From IMG/VR virus record IMGVR_UViG_3300008262_000001: a DNA stretch of 64,000 nt. One strand, 5' to 3'. Origin of the DNA: a virus (Duplodnaviria > Caudoviricetes). Of the stretch, positions 1 to 8,962 are shown piece after piece; position 1 is the stretch's first letter, and every line of letters starts with the position of its first letter. The translations under genes were made by a program, and so were the position numbers. Below the pieces are notes generated by a model that searched no databases, had not been told where the DNA came from, and saw only the letters and a program-made list of their open reading frames with translations.

Positions 1-1651
1 TCACTGGGCAACCAGCAGGCAAAACGTGTTCGGTACCAGACGAGAACAATTGATAACCTGGATAATCATAATCCCCGTCTCCTAAGAATTTAGGCATTGT
101 TCCTTCTTCAACATCTTGATAGTAAGATTCTATCGCAGTTTTAAACGGTGCAATAGAAGGTACTGGATATTCTTGAAAAAATGAATAAGGATCTACTGTG
201 TTACCATAATAGCTTATTCCTAGCTCAGTTCCATTGATATTAGGATAAAGAAGAGATTCCTGGTTGGGTTTTGTATAAAAAACTCTTAGGTCCTCGATGT
301 ATCCCTTTTCTGGAAATACTGTGAAGTCTACCTTTATTCCAGATTTAATTTCACTTATTCCAAGTTGATCAACCCAACCCCTGGTTTTGTAAATGTTAAA
401 ATAAACACCTTCACCTGTGATGTCTACTATTCTTGCATTGAGAGGTAAATAGTCTCTTTTCAAACGCTCTTTGAGACCGAAAAGTTTTATAAGAACTTCT
501 TCAGGGCTAAATAAGAAAGCATCCTCAACAACAGGATACCCAAACTCGTCTTCGTCTACTGAATCATTAACTCTATTGATGTCATAAAAAAGTCCAAAAA
601 GTGAAGTCTTTTTAAATGATTTGGACGGAAATAGTTGTTCATACTGTTTCTTGAGACCAAAAGACCCATCAGGTTTTTTTCCATAGATCTCAACTTGCTT
701 GAATTTCCCCTCATTTTCGTCTTTCAATAAACTGCTTATGAGAGAAAGAGAATCTTGTCCTTGTAAGTTCTTTGTGGCTAACTGCTTTAAGATTTGTGAA
801 TTCTGCTGTAAAGGAGTAAGTACTGAAGCAGAATCTTTCTTAATATTTAGCCAATATTCTTTAATTCTAAGATCATAGTATCCAAAGAACTTAATAGCAT
901 TAAATAAGGATTTATATGAGCCAAGGTAAGGAAATATACTTTCTCCTGTTAAAAGAAGTTCCTTTCTTTTTTCGTTTATAATTTTAAAATCAGGAAGAGG
1001 TTCTTTAATGTCAGTTTCTCTAACAATAAAAGAATCTTCAGCAATAAAAGACCTTCCAAAATTGTCAAGTAGAACACCTAATCTTGAATCCTCTCCCTCA
1101 ACTTCTCCGTGAAAATTCACTCTAAGAATTGTAACAGGATTATCAGGATCTGTATAGTCTTCTAAAATTAATACTCTATCATATACACCCTCATTATCAG
1201 AATTGAGAGCAATATTGATCTGCATTGAAGAAGAAGTGATTTCGGATGTAACCACTAGTCCTGAAGGAGATGATATCACATCACCAGGAACAACTTCAGG
1301 GAAAAACTCTACATTATCTGCTTCAACTAAAATTGGTGCATCTAAGTTTCCGTCTACACCTAATTCATAAGTGTAGATAATAGAAGAAACATCAACCTTT
1401 CCATCATAATCTGATTCCCATTTAGTTCTCCAAACAGGAGTTCCTGGGCTAACACCATAGCTGTGAGGAAATCCATATTTTGTCTCAGAAAGATTATCCA
1501 GGAATTTTTCGATAACAAAAATGTGTTCGATTTCAAAAAGCTTTTCTGAAACCAAGGGGAATAATACAGATCCTTCCCAATAATCTCCATTCCATTCGAA
1601 ATTATATTGCTCTCCCTGTTTATCGAAAAATAATAGATTCTGATTAACCAT
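1..1651 (-). CDS. Large baseplate-associated structural protein (partial; runs off the left edge; gp7/P2 gpI-like position)
   Basis: Missing from the ORF track. My minus-strand reading starts at ATG 1651 (MVNQNLLFFDKQGEQYNFEWNGDYWEGS...) and stays open to position 1 (...LPAGCPV). It lies just downstream of the gp25- and gp6-like genes; the role is inferred from position. Confidence 0.6.
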   Translation of the reverse strand, partial: MVNQNLLFFDKQGEQYNFEWNGDYWEGSVLFPLVSEKLFEIEHIFVIEKFLDNLSETKYGFPHSYGVSPGTPVWRTKWESDYDGKVDVSSIIYTYELGVDGNLDAPILVEADNVEFFPEVVPGDVISSPSGLVVTSEITSSSMQINIALNSDNEGVYDRVLILEDYTDPDNPVTILRVNFHGEVEGEDSRLGVLLDNFGRSFIAEDSFIVRETDIKEPLPDFKIINEKRKELLLTGESIFPYLGSYKSLFNAIKFFGYYDLRIKEYWLNIKKDSASVLTPLQQNSQILKQLATKNLQGQDSLSLISSLLKDENEGKFKQVEIYGKKPDGSFGLKKQYEQLFPSKSFKKTSLFGLFYDINRVNDSVDEDEFGYPVVEDAFLFSPEEVLIKLFGLKERLKRDYLPLNARIVDITGEGVYFNIYKTRGWVDQLGISEIKSGIKVDFTVFPEKGYIEDLRVFYTKPNQESLLYPNINGTELGISYYGNTVDPYSFFQEYPVPSIAPFKTAIESYYQDVEEGTMPKFLGDGDYDYPGYQLFSSGTEHVLPAGCPV

Positions 1652-1652
1652 C

Positions 1653-1901
1653 TTACCTTACATACTTATTGTTTTTAGGAACTGTATAATTTATATAGTT
1701 CTTAATATATTTCGTAGATTCAAATAGTTGATGTACTACCCTTTCAATACTGCTTAGTATCAACATTCTGGACTCATCTCCTTGTAGAATTTGATTGGAT
1801 AATGTTTTCTCAAAAATCTTACCCTCATAATCAAATCCAACATTGGATCTAATCTCGTTTTGAGATCTTATAAACTCATACCAGCTGGGTTTGTTTGTCA
1901 T
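1653..1901 (-). CDS. Small hypothetical protein in the baseplate operon
   Basis: 82-aa ORF tightly packed between the gp6-like gene and the next gene (1-2 nt gaps). Confidence 0.6.
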   Translation of the reverse strand: MTNKPSWYEFIRSQNEIRSNVGFDYEGKIFEKTLSNQILQGDESRMLILSSIERVVHQLFESTKYIKNYINYTVPKNNKYVR

Positions 1902-1903
1902 AG

Positions 1904-3601
1904 TTAGTTAGTTGTTTTTAAAGAGTTTTTAAGTATTGTATTAACTTTAGTGTTGTATGTCACAGGAACTATAGATCTAACATCTACATTGACAGAAGAT
2001 AAAGTTTGCATACTAGCTCCATAATCGTAATAAATACCATTTCTGTCATCCCATCCTCCAGAGATAACCACTATTTCATCTTTACCTATCACAATATCAC
2101 CAAATTCATCGAAACCTATATCAGGTGCATTTGGATTACCTGCTTTTGCTGCTTCATTTCTTTGTCCAACAAAATATAAAGATACTGAGTCTATTCCCTC
2201 TATGCCTTCTATAGCTGCAACAAGGTCAGATCTTGGTATTTTATCTCTTCTTCTTATGTTCAAGAAATAATCACTCAAAACGTTGGTGATTTCTGTCTTG
2301 ATTGTATCTGGATCGTTTCCTTCGAAGATCGTGATTGCAATGTTTACCACGTATTTAATAATTACTGGATCTAAAATCTTAGCTACTGTGGTAACTATTT
2401 TTTGTCCACTTTCATCAAGCAACTGATAGATTCGATCAATTTGTGGTTTTGTTAATTTGAATCTAGTCAATGGAATATCAAAATACGTCTCGTTGCTTTT
2501 GAGTGTTAATTGGATATCTGGTACTAAAATCAAATAGATTATATTGTCATCGTCGATATATTGGTCATTGAAAGTTGTAAATGCTTCAATGATTGAAAAC
2601 TGACCAAACTTTTCAAAGAAAGTAATATAGTTGGTTGGATTGGCAAGAACAAAGCTTCTAGAAGTTTTTGGAGCAATGAGTCTTGTTAAATCTACTGATT
2701 CCTGGTTAGCTCCTAATTGTGGAGCAATCGTGCAAGTTACTCCTAAGAAATCTTGAAGAGTAATTGTTCTTCCGAAAAGATCTGTACCATCGGAGTCAAA
2801 TCTGAAAATGACCTTTGAAGAATCCTCAACAAGGATATTTCCAAATGCACCTGTGGATTCTAAATAATCAACCTCAATAATAGCACCAGCAGGTGGAGGA
2901 AACCCAAAATCTACAGTTCCAAAGAAAATATCTATTCCTGAGATCAAAGAACTCTTTACTAAATAGCCTTTGGCATTTCTTGGAATGTCATATAAGGAAT
3001 CATACTTTTTCCATTCTTCCCCATTCACTCTAACAGCAACCTCAAAATTTTCTATACTTGAAGTACCACGGGAAGAAATGTTGTAACTTTGTAAACGTGT
3101 TCCATCAGCAGTATACTGGTTCGTATTAAGTGTTCCTTCCACCATAGAACAAATAATTTTCGAAGTTGCATCTAAGTTTAATCTTAGGTATTCCTGATTC
3201 AATTTGATGAGATAAGTTTTTCCGTTATTTACACATCTAATCTGGGAGTTATTCGGGAGCAGAATTGCTCCACCTCCTATTTGTTCAAATCCTTTTCCGT
3301 TCCATGTGATAACCACTTCACCCTTTGCAGAAATTGCTCTAGTTGGGTTGTGTCCAGCTAAAGTTGCAAGGCCATAAATTGAAGATTCTCTTGTTGCCTG
3401 ATTGATATTTAATTCAGTAATCGAATCCTCTATAAAAAACAGAATAAGCTGGCTAAGGTTTTCTAAAACGAAAATAATCTGTCCCCAAACTGAAGCAACA
3501 GTAAATAGCTGCTCAGACATTGAATATCTAGCTTGAATAAGGTCGAAGGTTTGACTTAATAAATCACCTATCTTCGCTCTATTTTTCTGTAATAAATCCA
3601 T
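1904..3601 (-). CDS. gp6: Baseplate wedge subunit, T4 gp6 / baseplate J-like
   Basis: 565 aa. Motifs VRVNGEEW, IFFGTVDFGFPPPAGAIIEVDYLESTGAFGN and GANQESVDLTRLIAP...LANPTNY match gp6/J-type wedge proteins; follows a gp25-like gene. Confidence 0.85.
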   Translation of the reverse strand: MDLLQKNRAKIGDLLSQTFDLIQARYSMSEQLFTVASVWGQIIFVLENLSQLILFFIEDSITELNINQATRESSIYGLATLAGHNPTRAISAKGEVVITWNGKGFEQIGGGAILLPNNSQIRCVNNGKTYLIKLNQEYLRLNLDATSKIICSMVEGTLNTNQYTADGTRLQSYNISSRGTSSIENFEVAVRVNGEEWKKYDSLYDIPRNAKGYLVKSSLISGIDIFFGTVDFGFPPPAGAIIEVDYLESTGAFGNILVEDSSKVIFRFDSDGTDLFGRTITLQDFLGVTCTIAPQLGANQESVDLTRLIAPKTSRSFVLANPTNYITFFEKFGQFSIIEAFTTFNDQYIDDDNIIYLILVPDIQLTLKSNETYFDIPLTRFKLTKPQIDRIYQLLDESGQKIVTTVAKILDPVIIKYVVNIAITIFEGNDPDTIKTEITNVLSDYFLNIRRRDKIPRSDLVAAIEGIEGIDSVSLYFVGQRNEAAKAGNPNAPDIGFDEFGDIVIGKDEIVVISGGWDDRNGIYYDYGASMQTLSSVNVDVRSIVPVTYNTKVNTILKNSLKTTN

Positions 3602-3602
3602 C

Positions 3603-3974
3603 TTAAATTATTTTAATTCCAAGTATTGGGTTGCCTTTTATTGCAAAATCAATCACACATGAGTCTCTGGTGTCTCCCTTAAAGAAACCCACAGTGAAAT
3701 CAACGTCATAGATTGAACCTGCTAAAGGAACATAGGTCATTAAATGTATTCTGATTGCCCTTTCTAAAGTTGCTTGGTCCACACCAAACTCGAAAAGTAA
3801 ACCTTCTAGATCTATCCCAAAATAAGGATCTCCAAGAACCTCTCCTGGAGTAGTCATCATGCACTGTTTAATCATACCAATTAGAATCTCAACAGAGTCA
3901 TCAGTATGGAGTTGTCCAGATTTATAATTAGGATCATCAGGATTTCTAGGATAAATTTCTGAGTACCTTGCCAT
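3603..3974 (-). CDS. gp25: Baseplate wedge subunit, gp25/GpW family
   Basis: 123 aa with CMMTTPGEVLGDPYFGIDLEGLLFE, the gp25 signature (T..GE....P.FG..L..LLFE). Confidence 0.85.
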   Translation of the reverse strand: MARYSEIYPRNPDDPNYKSGQLHTDDSVEILIGMIKQCMMTTPGEVLGDPYFGIDLEGLLFEFGVDQATLERAIRIHLMTYVPLAGSIYDVDFTVGFFKGDTRDSCVIDFAIKGNPILGIKII

Positions 3975-3981
3975 GTTGTTC

Positions 3982-3989
3982 TATATATC
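3982..3989 (-). promoter_or_regulatory. GATATATA putative late promoter (gp25-like gene)
   Basis: 7 nt upstream of ATG 3974. Confidence 0.6.
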
Positions 3990-4008
3990 AGAACTAATTA
4001 AACCAACA

Positions 4009-4368
4009 TTAATTGACATCGGCACCAACTATAAGAATTTTTTTGATTAATTGATCTTTCTTTGTCGCACTCCAGAAATCATAATTATAATTTTCCCAGC
4101 CTGGAAGCTTACTCTTCATACTAAAAATTGTGGCTTTATTCCAGTAAACATTCAGTAAATTTTTATCATTTTTCATCCAGTAATCTCCCTCGGATAGGTT
4201 AAGGACTGAAAGATTTCTAATTTCTAAATTCAAATAGAGCATTTCGGGAAAGGTTAAAAATCTTGCAGAATTTCCAAATTCTCTAATTTTTTTCTCGCTT
4301 TCTTCTAGGTTTAAGAAAAAGTACTCTGGAAATATTTCAAAGCCTCCTAAATTCAGAAAATTACTCAT
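4009..4368 (-). CDS. Hypothetical protein
   Basis: 119-aa ORF with an AATATATA motif just upstream; no recognisable domain. Confidence 0.55.
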   Translation of the reverse strand: MSNFLNLGGFEIFPEYFFLNLEESEKKIREFGNSARFLTFPEMLYLNLEIRNLSVLNLSEGDYWMKNDKNLLNVYWNKATIFSMKSKLPGWENYNYDFWSATKKDQLIKKILIVGADVN

Positions 4369-4441
4369 TCATTATATATTCAAAAAATGAAATGGCTATT
4401 TTTATTATATCTCTAGATAAGGAAAATTAATTTCAATATCT

Positions 4442-4449
4442 AATATATA
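4442..4449 (+). promoter_or_regulatory. AATATATA variant upstream of the endonuclease gene
   Basis: 18 nt upstream of ATG 4468. Confidence 0.45.
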
Positions 4450-4467
4450 AAGAAAATACACCAAGAT

Positions 4468-5442
4468 ATGGGCATACACAATTTTATAGAGGAAACTAAA
4501 AAAAGAGATTTTAAAGGGCAAGCTTTTGGACAAGTAATATCAATTATTAAAAGGGATCCAAATTTATTAGAAGAAACAATAAAGGAAACGGAATTTTTGG
4601 ATCAAGTATATCAGGATATAAGTTTATCACAAAGATTCTATCATTTGTGGTTTAACATAATGGACATCGAAAAATGCCCATATTGTGATGAACACAAAAA
4701 ATTCTCATTTACTAATAAATTTTCAATAAACCAATATAACAAAAGAGACGCTAATTATTGTGGAACTTGCTGTAAAGATCAATGTAATAAAAAATATAAT
4801 TTGGATAAAGGGAGAGAAAAATTAATTGAAAAATACGGGACTAAAAATGTATGGGAAATAGAAGGATATAGAGAAAAATTCGAGAAAAATAATATAGAAA
4901 AATATGGGGCAAAATATTACACATCAACGGAAGAATTTAAGTTTAAAACTCAGAAAACATTCGAAAAGAAATACGGGGTGCACCCAACAAAATTAGAATC
5001 AACTCAGGATAAAATTAAAAAAACAAATGTAGAAAAATATGGGTATTCTCATAGACTAAAAGATCCAATAAAATATGAGGAATATTCTAGGAAATCGTTT
5101 CAATACAAAGATTATATCTTTCAGTCAGGAAAGAAAGTAAGGATACAAGGATATGAGAATTTAGCTATAGATCTATTATTAAAAATACACGATGAAGCAA
5201 ATATAATAATAGAGGATTCTGAGATTGCTCAAGAAACTGGAAAAATAGAGTATAGTAAAGATAGAATCTATTTTCCTGACATCTTTATAAAAACGGAAAA
5301 TAAGATTATAGAGGTAAAATCTGAATATACCTATGAATGTAATTTAACAGAAAATCTAGAAAAAAAGGATGCTGTATTAGCAAAAAAAATCAATTTTGAA
5401 TTCTGGATCTTCGACGCTAAAGGGAATTTGAGAATTATATAA
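4468..5442 (+). CDS. Putative homing-type endonuclease (Cys motifs, xxEKYG repeats, C-terminal PD-(D/E)XK domain)
   Basis: CPYC and CGTCC..C motifs, repeated (I/V/F)EK(K)YG segments, C-terminal YFPDIFIKTENKIIEVKSEYT. Isolated on the strand opposite its neighbours. Confidence 0.7.
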   Translation: MGIHNFIEETKKRDFKGQAFGQVISIIKRDPNLLEETIKETEFLDQVYQDISLSQRFYHLWFNIMDIEKCPYCDEHKKFSFTNKFSINQYNKRDANYCGTCCKDQCNKKYNLDKGREKLIEKYGTKNVWEIEGYREKFEKNNIEKYGAKYYTSTEEFKFKTQKTFEKKYGVHPTKLESTQDKIKKTNVEKYGYSHRLKDPIKYEEYSRKSFQYKDYIFQSGKKVRIQGYENLAIDLLLKIHDEANIIIEDSEIAQETGKIEYSKDRIYFPDIFIKTENKIIEVKSEYTYECNLTENLEKKDAVLAKKINFEFWIFDAKGNLRII

Positions 5443-5461
5443 CTGATCCGTTATTACCCTT

Positions 5462-6241
5462 TTAATTCCATTGCAGGAACCAAGAACTTGTGTTCTCGTC
5501 TCTAATCATGTTAAGAATTTCTGTTTTTTCAGTTGTTCCTAGCGACTGGATATTGTTGTAATTAACTCTAACACCTCCTGGGAGATTGTATTCGAATGTT
5601 CCCAATAATCTACCAATGTTGATCTTTGCTTCTGCTAAGACATATCTTACAAAAAGCTCATCATCATAAAGACTTTCTTCAGGAATAGCTATGTAAGCTC
5701 TAACCCCTACATCAATACCAGTATAAAGAACTTGGGTTGTTCCTGCTTCAGTTGTGTTAGTTCTAGCAGGATCTCTACCATTAATAGTAAGTTTCTTTGT
5801 GTTTTTATTAAAATTAAAAGCAAAGCTTTCTAAAAGATATGCTTTTGCAAGGTCAAAGAAAGAATATAAAACAGTTCTATAAACAAGGTTGTCTCCAACA
5901 AATGGAGAAAGCATCAATTCTGACCCTAATAATTTGGAATCACCGAAATCCTTATCCGGTGTTCCTATAAGTCCAGATCCGTTAACTTCTCTTACGTCGT
6001 AGACTGAAACCACACAAGAAGGAAGTTGTATTTGTCTTGTTGCTCTAAATGCTGGTGCAGAAAATAATTCCCTACCAAGGACGAATATTCTATCTTCAAC
6101 AGCATATTGATAGTTGTCGTAAAAATAAGCTCTTGCCCTTTTAATGATCCTTTTGATCTCTTGATCATTTAGGTTGTAAGGCAGAGAACAAGAATGAGAA
6201 ATCTCATCTTTAACCTCTTGAATTAGATCCTGTTCAGTCAT
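5462..6241 (-). CDS. gp13: Neck/head-completion protein, T4 gp13-like
   Basis: N-terminal EQDLIQEVKDEI...NLNDQEIKRIIKRARAYF and C-terminal LGTFEYNLPGGVRVN match the gp13 pattern (...LPGG(V/I)..N). Start moved to ATG 6241 to avoid overlap with the upstream gene. Confidence 0.75.
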   Translation of the reverse strand: MTEQDLIQEVKDEISHSCSLPYNLNDQEIKRIIKRARAYFYDNYQYAVEDRIFVLGRELFSAPAFRATRQIQLPSCVVSVYDVREVNGSGLIGTPDKDFGDSKLLGSELMLSPFVGDNLVYRTVLYSFFDLAKAYLLESFAFNFNKNTKKLTINGRDPARTNTTEAGTTQVLYTGIDVGVRAYIAIPEESLYDDELFVRYVLAEAKINIGRLLGTFEYNLPGGVRVNYNNIQSLGTTEKTEILNMIRDENTSSWFLQWN

Positions 6242-6242
6242 G

Positions 6243-7682
6243 TTAATTGTTTTGTTTGAAAGATACACCAGGGATTCCAGAAGGTTTAGCATTATTATTA
6301 CTAAATCTTACTGGCTTTGATAAAGACTCACCATCATTTCTGTCAGGAAATAATCTTTTTCTAGAAGATCCTTTAAGTTTTTTGTCATCCTCAGCATCAG
6401 CTACAACTTCTGTTTCTGGAGAAATGGTAGCAAGTTTTCCGATAAATCCAGATCTTATAATTCCTCCGAAGACTTCACAATTTATTTCTTTGTCTTTATT
6501 ATCAATGTAGGTTTCATGAATAGCATTACTAAACATGATATCAGAGTGCATAATTTTTGAATTATAAACCTCGTTACCTGCAATCAAATCACAATCTTCA
6601 AGAGAGCAATTGTTCAACTTAGTAGAAAATAATCTACAGTTGAAAAGGTTGCCTGTGATTTCAGATTCAAGAATATCGTAGTCCTTAAGCAAATAAGCTT
6701 TGGCTGTTTTAATATCCTTGATTTGGAATTTTCCAAGGTTGCTATCGTAGTTCAATTGTCCCTCTTTGATTCCATTTTCAACGATCAAATCATAAAGAAC
6801 ATCCCTTATGTTTAGGAAAAAAGATCTTAGTATTTGAGGATCAGATCTTAAATCAATCATCACCTGTAAGTGTGGATAATTTTTCTGGAAAGCATCCGGA
6901 TTTATGAAGGTTGATGAACTTTTATAAATTTCGTTCAAGAATGTTTTCAATATCTTCAAATCATTCTGAGTGAATATGTTGTTAGATTGTAAAGTCTGTA
7001 TAGTGTAAGTTGCTACATAATCTATGACTTCCTTAATCTGTGTATATTTTCTCTGATAATCTTTTCCTCCTAGGTATCGTACCTCAAAATAGCCATCGCT
7101 TAATTTCAAGAAATTTATTCCCATATTCTTCTCTACTGGGACTTCAAAAAGGTTCTTATCAATAAATGACAGTGTTGATGGATCTACAAATTTATTAGAA
7201 GGAATAACCCTTTTTATAGATTTAGCATAAAGAGAGTTTGCTCTCTCAGCAAACGATTTGTAAACTATATTCTCATCAAATCCCAATACAAATTTAAGTA
7301 TATTGAGTTGGGAAACTGGAGGTATTTCCGGATAAATTGAGGTGTCAATATCGATCCCAAATTGGAAAGCACATTTTTTATCAGTGTAACCATAAAGATC
7401 GATCCACTTCAAAGTTCTGATAAGAATAGGGATAGCTTCGTAGTAAGGAAGTGGACCTGTGATTAGTTCCACCATCTTAGATCCACCAGAATAATCTGGC
7501 TCTAATTTGAAAATATCGGCAGAAGGCTTAAGCTTCGAATGATATTTGTTTAGAACTACTATTTTTTTTCCTAATTCCTTACCCAGATTTTGAGCAATTT
7601 CTTCTCTATTCAAGTTGCTATAGAACTCAAATTCAAAACCAAGCTTCACTGAATAAAAAAAATTGCTTTTATTTAAATCCAT
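6243..7682 (-). CDS. Putative amidoligase (COOH-NH2 ligase type) with C-terminal beta-solenoid-like region
   Basis: GFEFEF, KLEPDYSG, VELITGPL, CAFQF and YFEVRYLGG correspond to amidoligase motifs. C-terminal LFNCRLFSTKLNNCSLEDCDL looks like a solenoid repeat. Confidence 0.65.
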   Translation of the reverse strand: MDLNKSNFFYSVKLGFEFEFYSNLNREEIAQNLGKELGKKIVVLNKYHSKLKPSADIFKLEPDYSGGSKMVELITGPLPYYEAIPILIRTLKWIDLYGYTDKKCAFQFGIDIDTSIYPEIPPVSQLNILKFVLGFDENIVYKSFAERANSLYAKSIKRVIPSNKFVDPSTLSFIDKNLFEVPVEKNMGINFLKLSDGYFEVRYLGGKDYQRKYTQIKEVIDYVATYTIQTLQSNNIFTQNDLKILKTFLNEIYKSSSTFINPDAFQKNYPHLQVMIDLRSDPQILRSFFLNIRDVLYDLIVENGIKEGQLNYDSNLGKFQIKDIKTAKAYLLKDYDILESEITGNLFNCRLFSTKLNNCSLEDCDLIAGNEVYNSKIMHSDIMFSNAIHETYIDNKDKEINCEVFGGIIRSGFIGKLATISPETEVVADAEDDKKLKGSSRKRLFPDRNDGESLSKPVRFSNNNAKPSGIPGVSFKQNN

Positions 7683-7686
7683 GTTT

Positions 7687-7694
7687 TATATATT
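7687..7694 (-). promoter_or_regulatory. AATATATA variant upstream of the amidoligase gene
   Basis: 4 nt upstream of ATG 7682, just after a terminator. Confidence 0.5.
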
Positions 7695-7729
7695 CTTAAA
7701 CTAGAAAATAAAGTTCTAGCACTGGGAAC

Positions 7730-7769
7730 AAAAAAAGAGTTTTACTTATTTATCACAAGTAAAACTCTT
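7730..7769 (-). terminator. Rho-independent terminator downstream of the S1-like gene
   Basis: Perfect 13-bp stem AAGAGTTTTACTT (7735-7747) / AAGTAAAACTCTT (7757-7769) with a 9-nt loop; A-run 7730-7736 gives a U-tract on the minus strand. Confidence 0.7.
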
Positions 7770-7794
7770 ATTATAATTTGGAATTATTAAAGGA

Positions 7795-8904
7795 TTAAAC
7801 CTCCGCTAATTGTATTTTGAAGGAGGATAAGTCAACGTTCGAAACCGAGCAGTTCACAAATTGACCAACCTCATACTCTTTAATTGACTTCATTAATCTT
7901 TCTCTTTCGATCAATCCATTGAGACCATTTTCTAGCTTAACAAAAGCACCGAAAGTCTTGATTTTTGTGATTTCAGCTTTATAAGTTTTAAGCTGTGTGT
8001 CATCCCCAACTACTTCAGAAGAAGAATCTTTAAGCTCCTGAATGCTTTTAAGTTTCTCGTTTGGCTCAGTAACCGATAGAGTAATCCTTTGTGGATTCTT
8101 AATGTCAGTTACAAAGAAAGTTACGGGGTCTCCAGTCTTCAGACTTTGGAGTTTAGCAGAGTTAGCTTCGTCAAAAGGAATAATACCAGTGAATATTTCA
8201 TCCCATTCAACAAACACACCGTTACCAGAAGCACCTGTAACTATACCATCATACTTGTTAGAGAAAGAAAGTTTTTGAACCTCCCCGTCAATAATTTTTC
8301 TCAAGTACTTTTTAAATGATACTACGAAAATGTCTCTTTTCTGATCATAAATCTCAACCATTACAGTGAGTTCTTTTCCAACATAATCTGCAAAATTCAT
8401 GATTCTGTTTGCAGCAGCTAAGCTTCCGGGTAAGAAACATTGAATTCCTGAAAGATCGACCATAAATCCACCGTTACAAACTTCTTTTACTTTAACTTTG
8501 AAAGCACAATTATCATCCTTGATTGCTCTATGAAGTTCAGACTTAAGAGCTTTTTCGTATCCTGCTGAAACAGAACCATAAAAAGCACCTGAAGGATCTT
8601 TATGTACAACAACTTCTAAAACCTGTCCCTCTGACATTTCGATCAAAGGATATCCTAATTTCGTAAGACTTTTTTGTTCTTTGTTTGTATCGATAACAAT
8701 GCTTTGACCAAACTGAGTCTCCCCAAGAGCTATGCCTTTTTCTGTGTCGTATCTGCTAATAATAACTCTAGTTGAGGAGTTATTTTTTAAATCCTTACCT
8801 TCTGTTTGGTTGATATCCTGTGGTAATGATTTCTCGTATAGTTTTTCTAGTACATCTCTTTCACTTTCATCGTAATCGAAGTACGTGTAATTGTTCCTTT
8901 TCAT
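7795..8904 (-). CDS. rpsA: Ribosomal protein S1-like protein (about 4 S1/OB domains)
   Basis: S1 repeats: KVKVKEVCNGGFMVDLSGIQCFLPGS...VGKELTVMVEIYDQKRDIFVVSFK; KYDGIVTGASGNGVFVEW; YKAEITKIKTFGAFVKLENGLNGLI...YEVGQFVNCSVSNVD...KIQL. Confidence 0.85.
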   Translation of the reverse strand: MKRNNYTYFDYDESERDVLEKLYEKSLPQDINQTEGKDLKNNSSTRVIISRYDTEKGIALGETQFGQSIVIDTNKEQKSLTKLGYPLIEMSEGQVLEVVVHKDPSGAFYGSVSAGYEKALKSELHRAIKDDNCAFKVKVKEVCNGGFMVDLSGIQCFLPGSLAAANRIMNFADYVGKELTVMVEIYDQKRDIFVVSFKKYLRKIIDGEVQKLSFSNKYDGIVTGASGNGVFVEWDEIFTGIIPFDEANSAKLQSLKTGDPVTFFVTDIKNPQRITLSVTEPNEKLKSIQELKDSSSEVVGDDTQLKTYKAEITKIKTFGAFVKLENGLNGLIERERLMKSIKEYEVGQFVNCSVSNVDLSSFKIQLAEV

Positions 8905-8962
8905 TAATTTTTTGGTTTGTTGATTTTTTTAGTAGATAATTGGATTTAAATTTCCAATTTTT

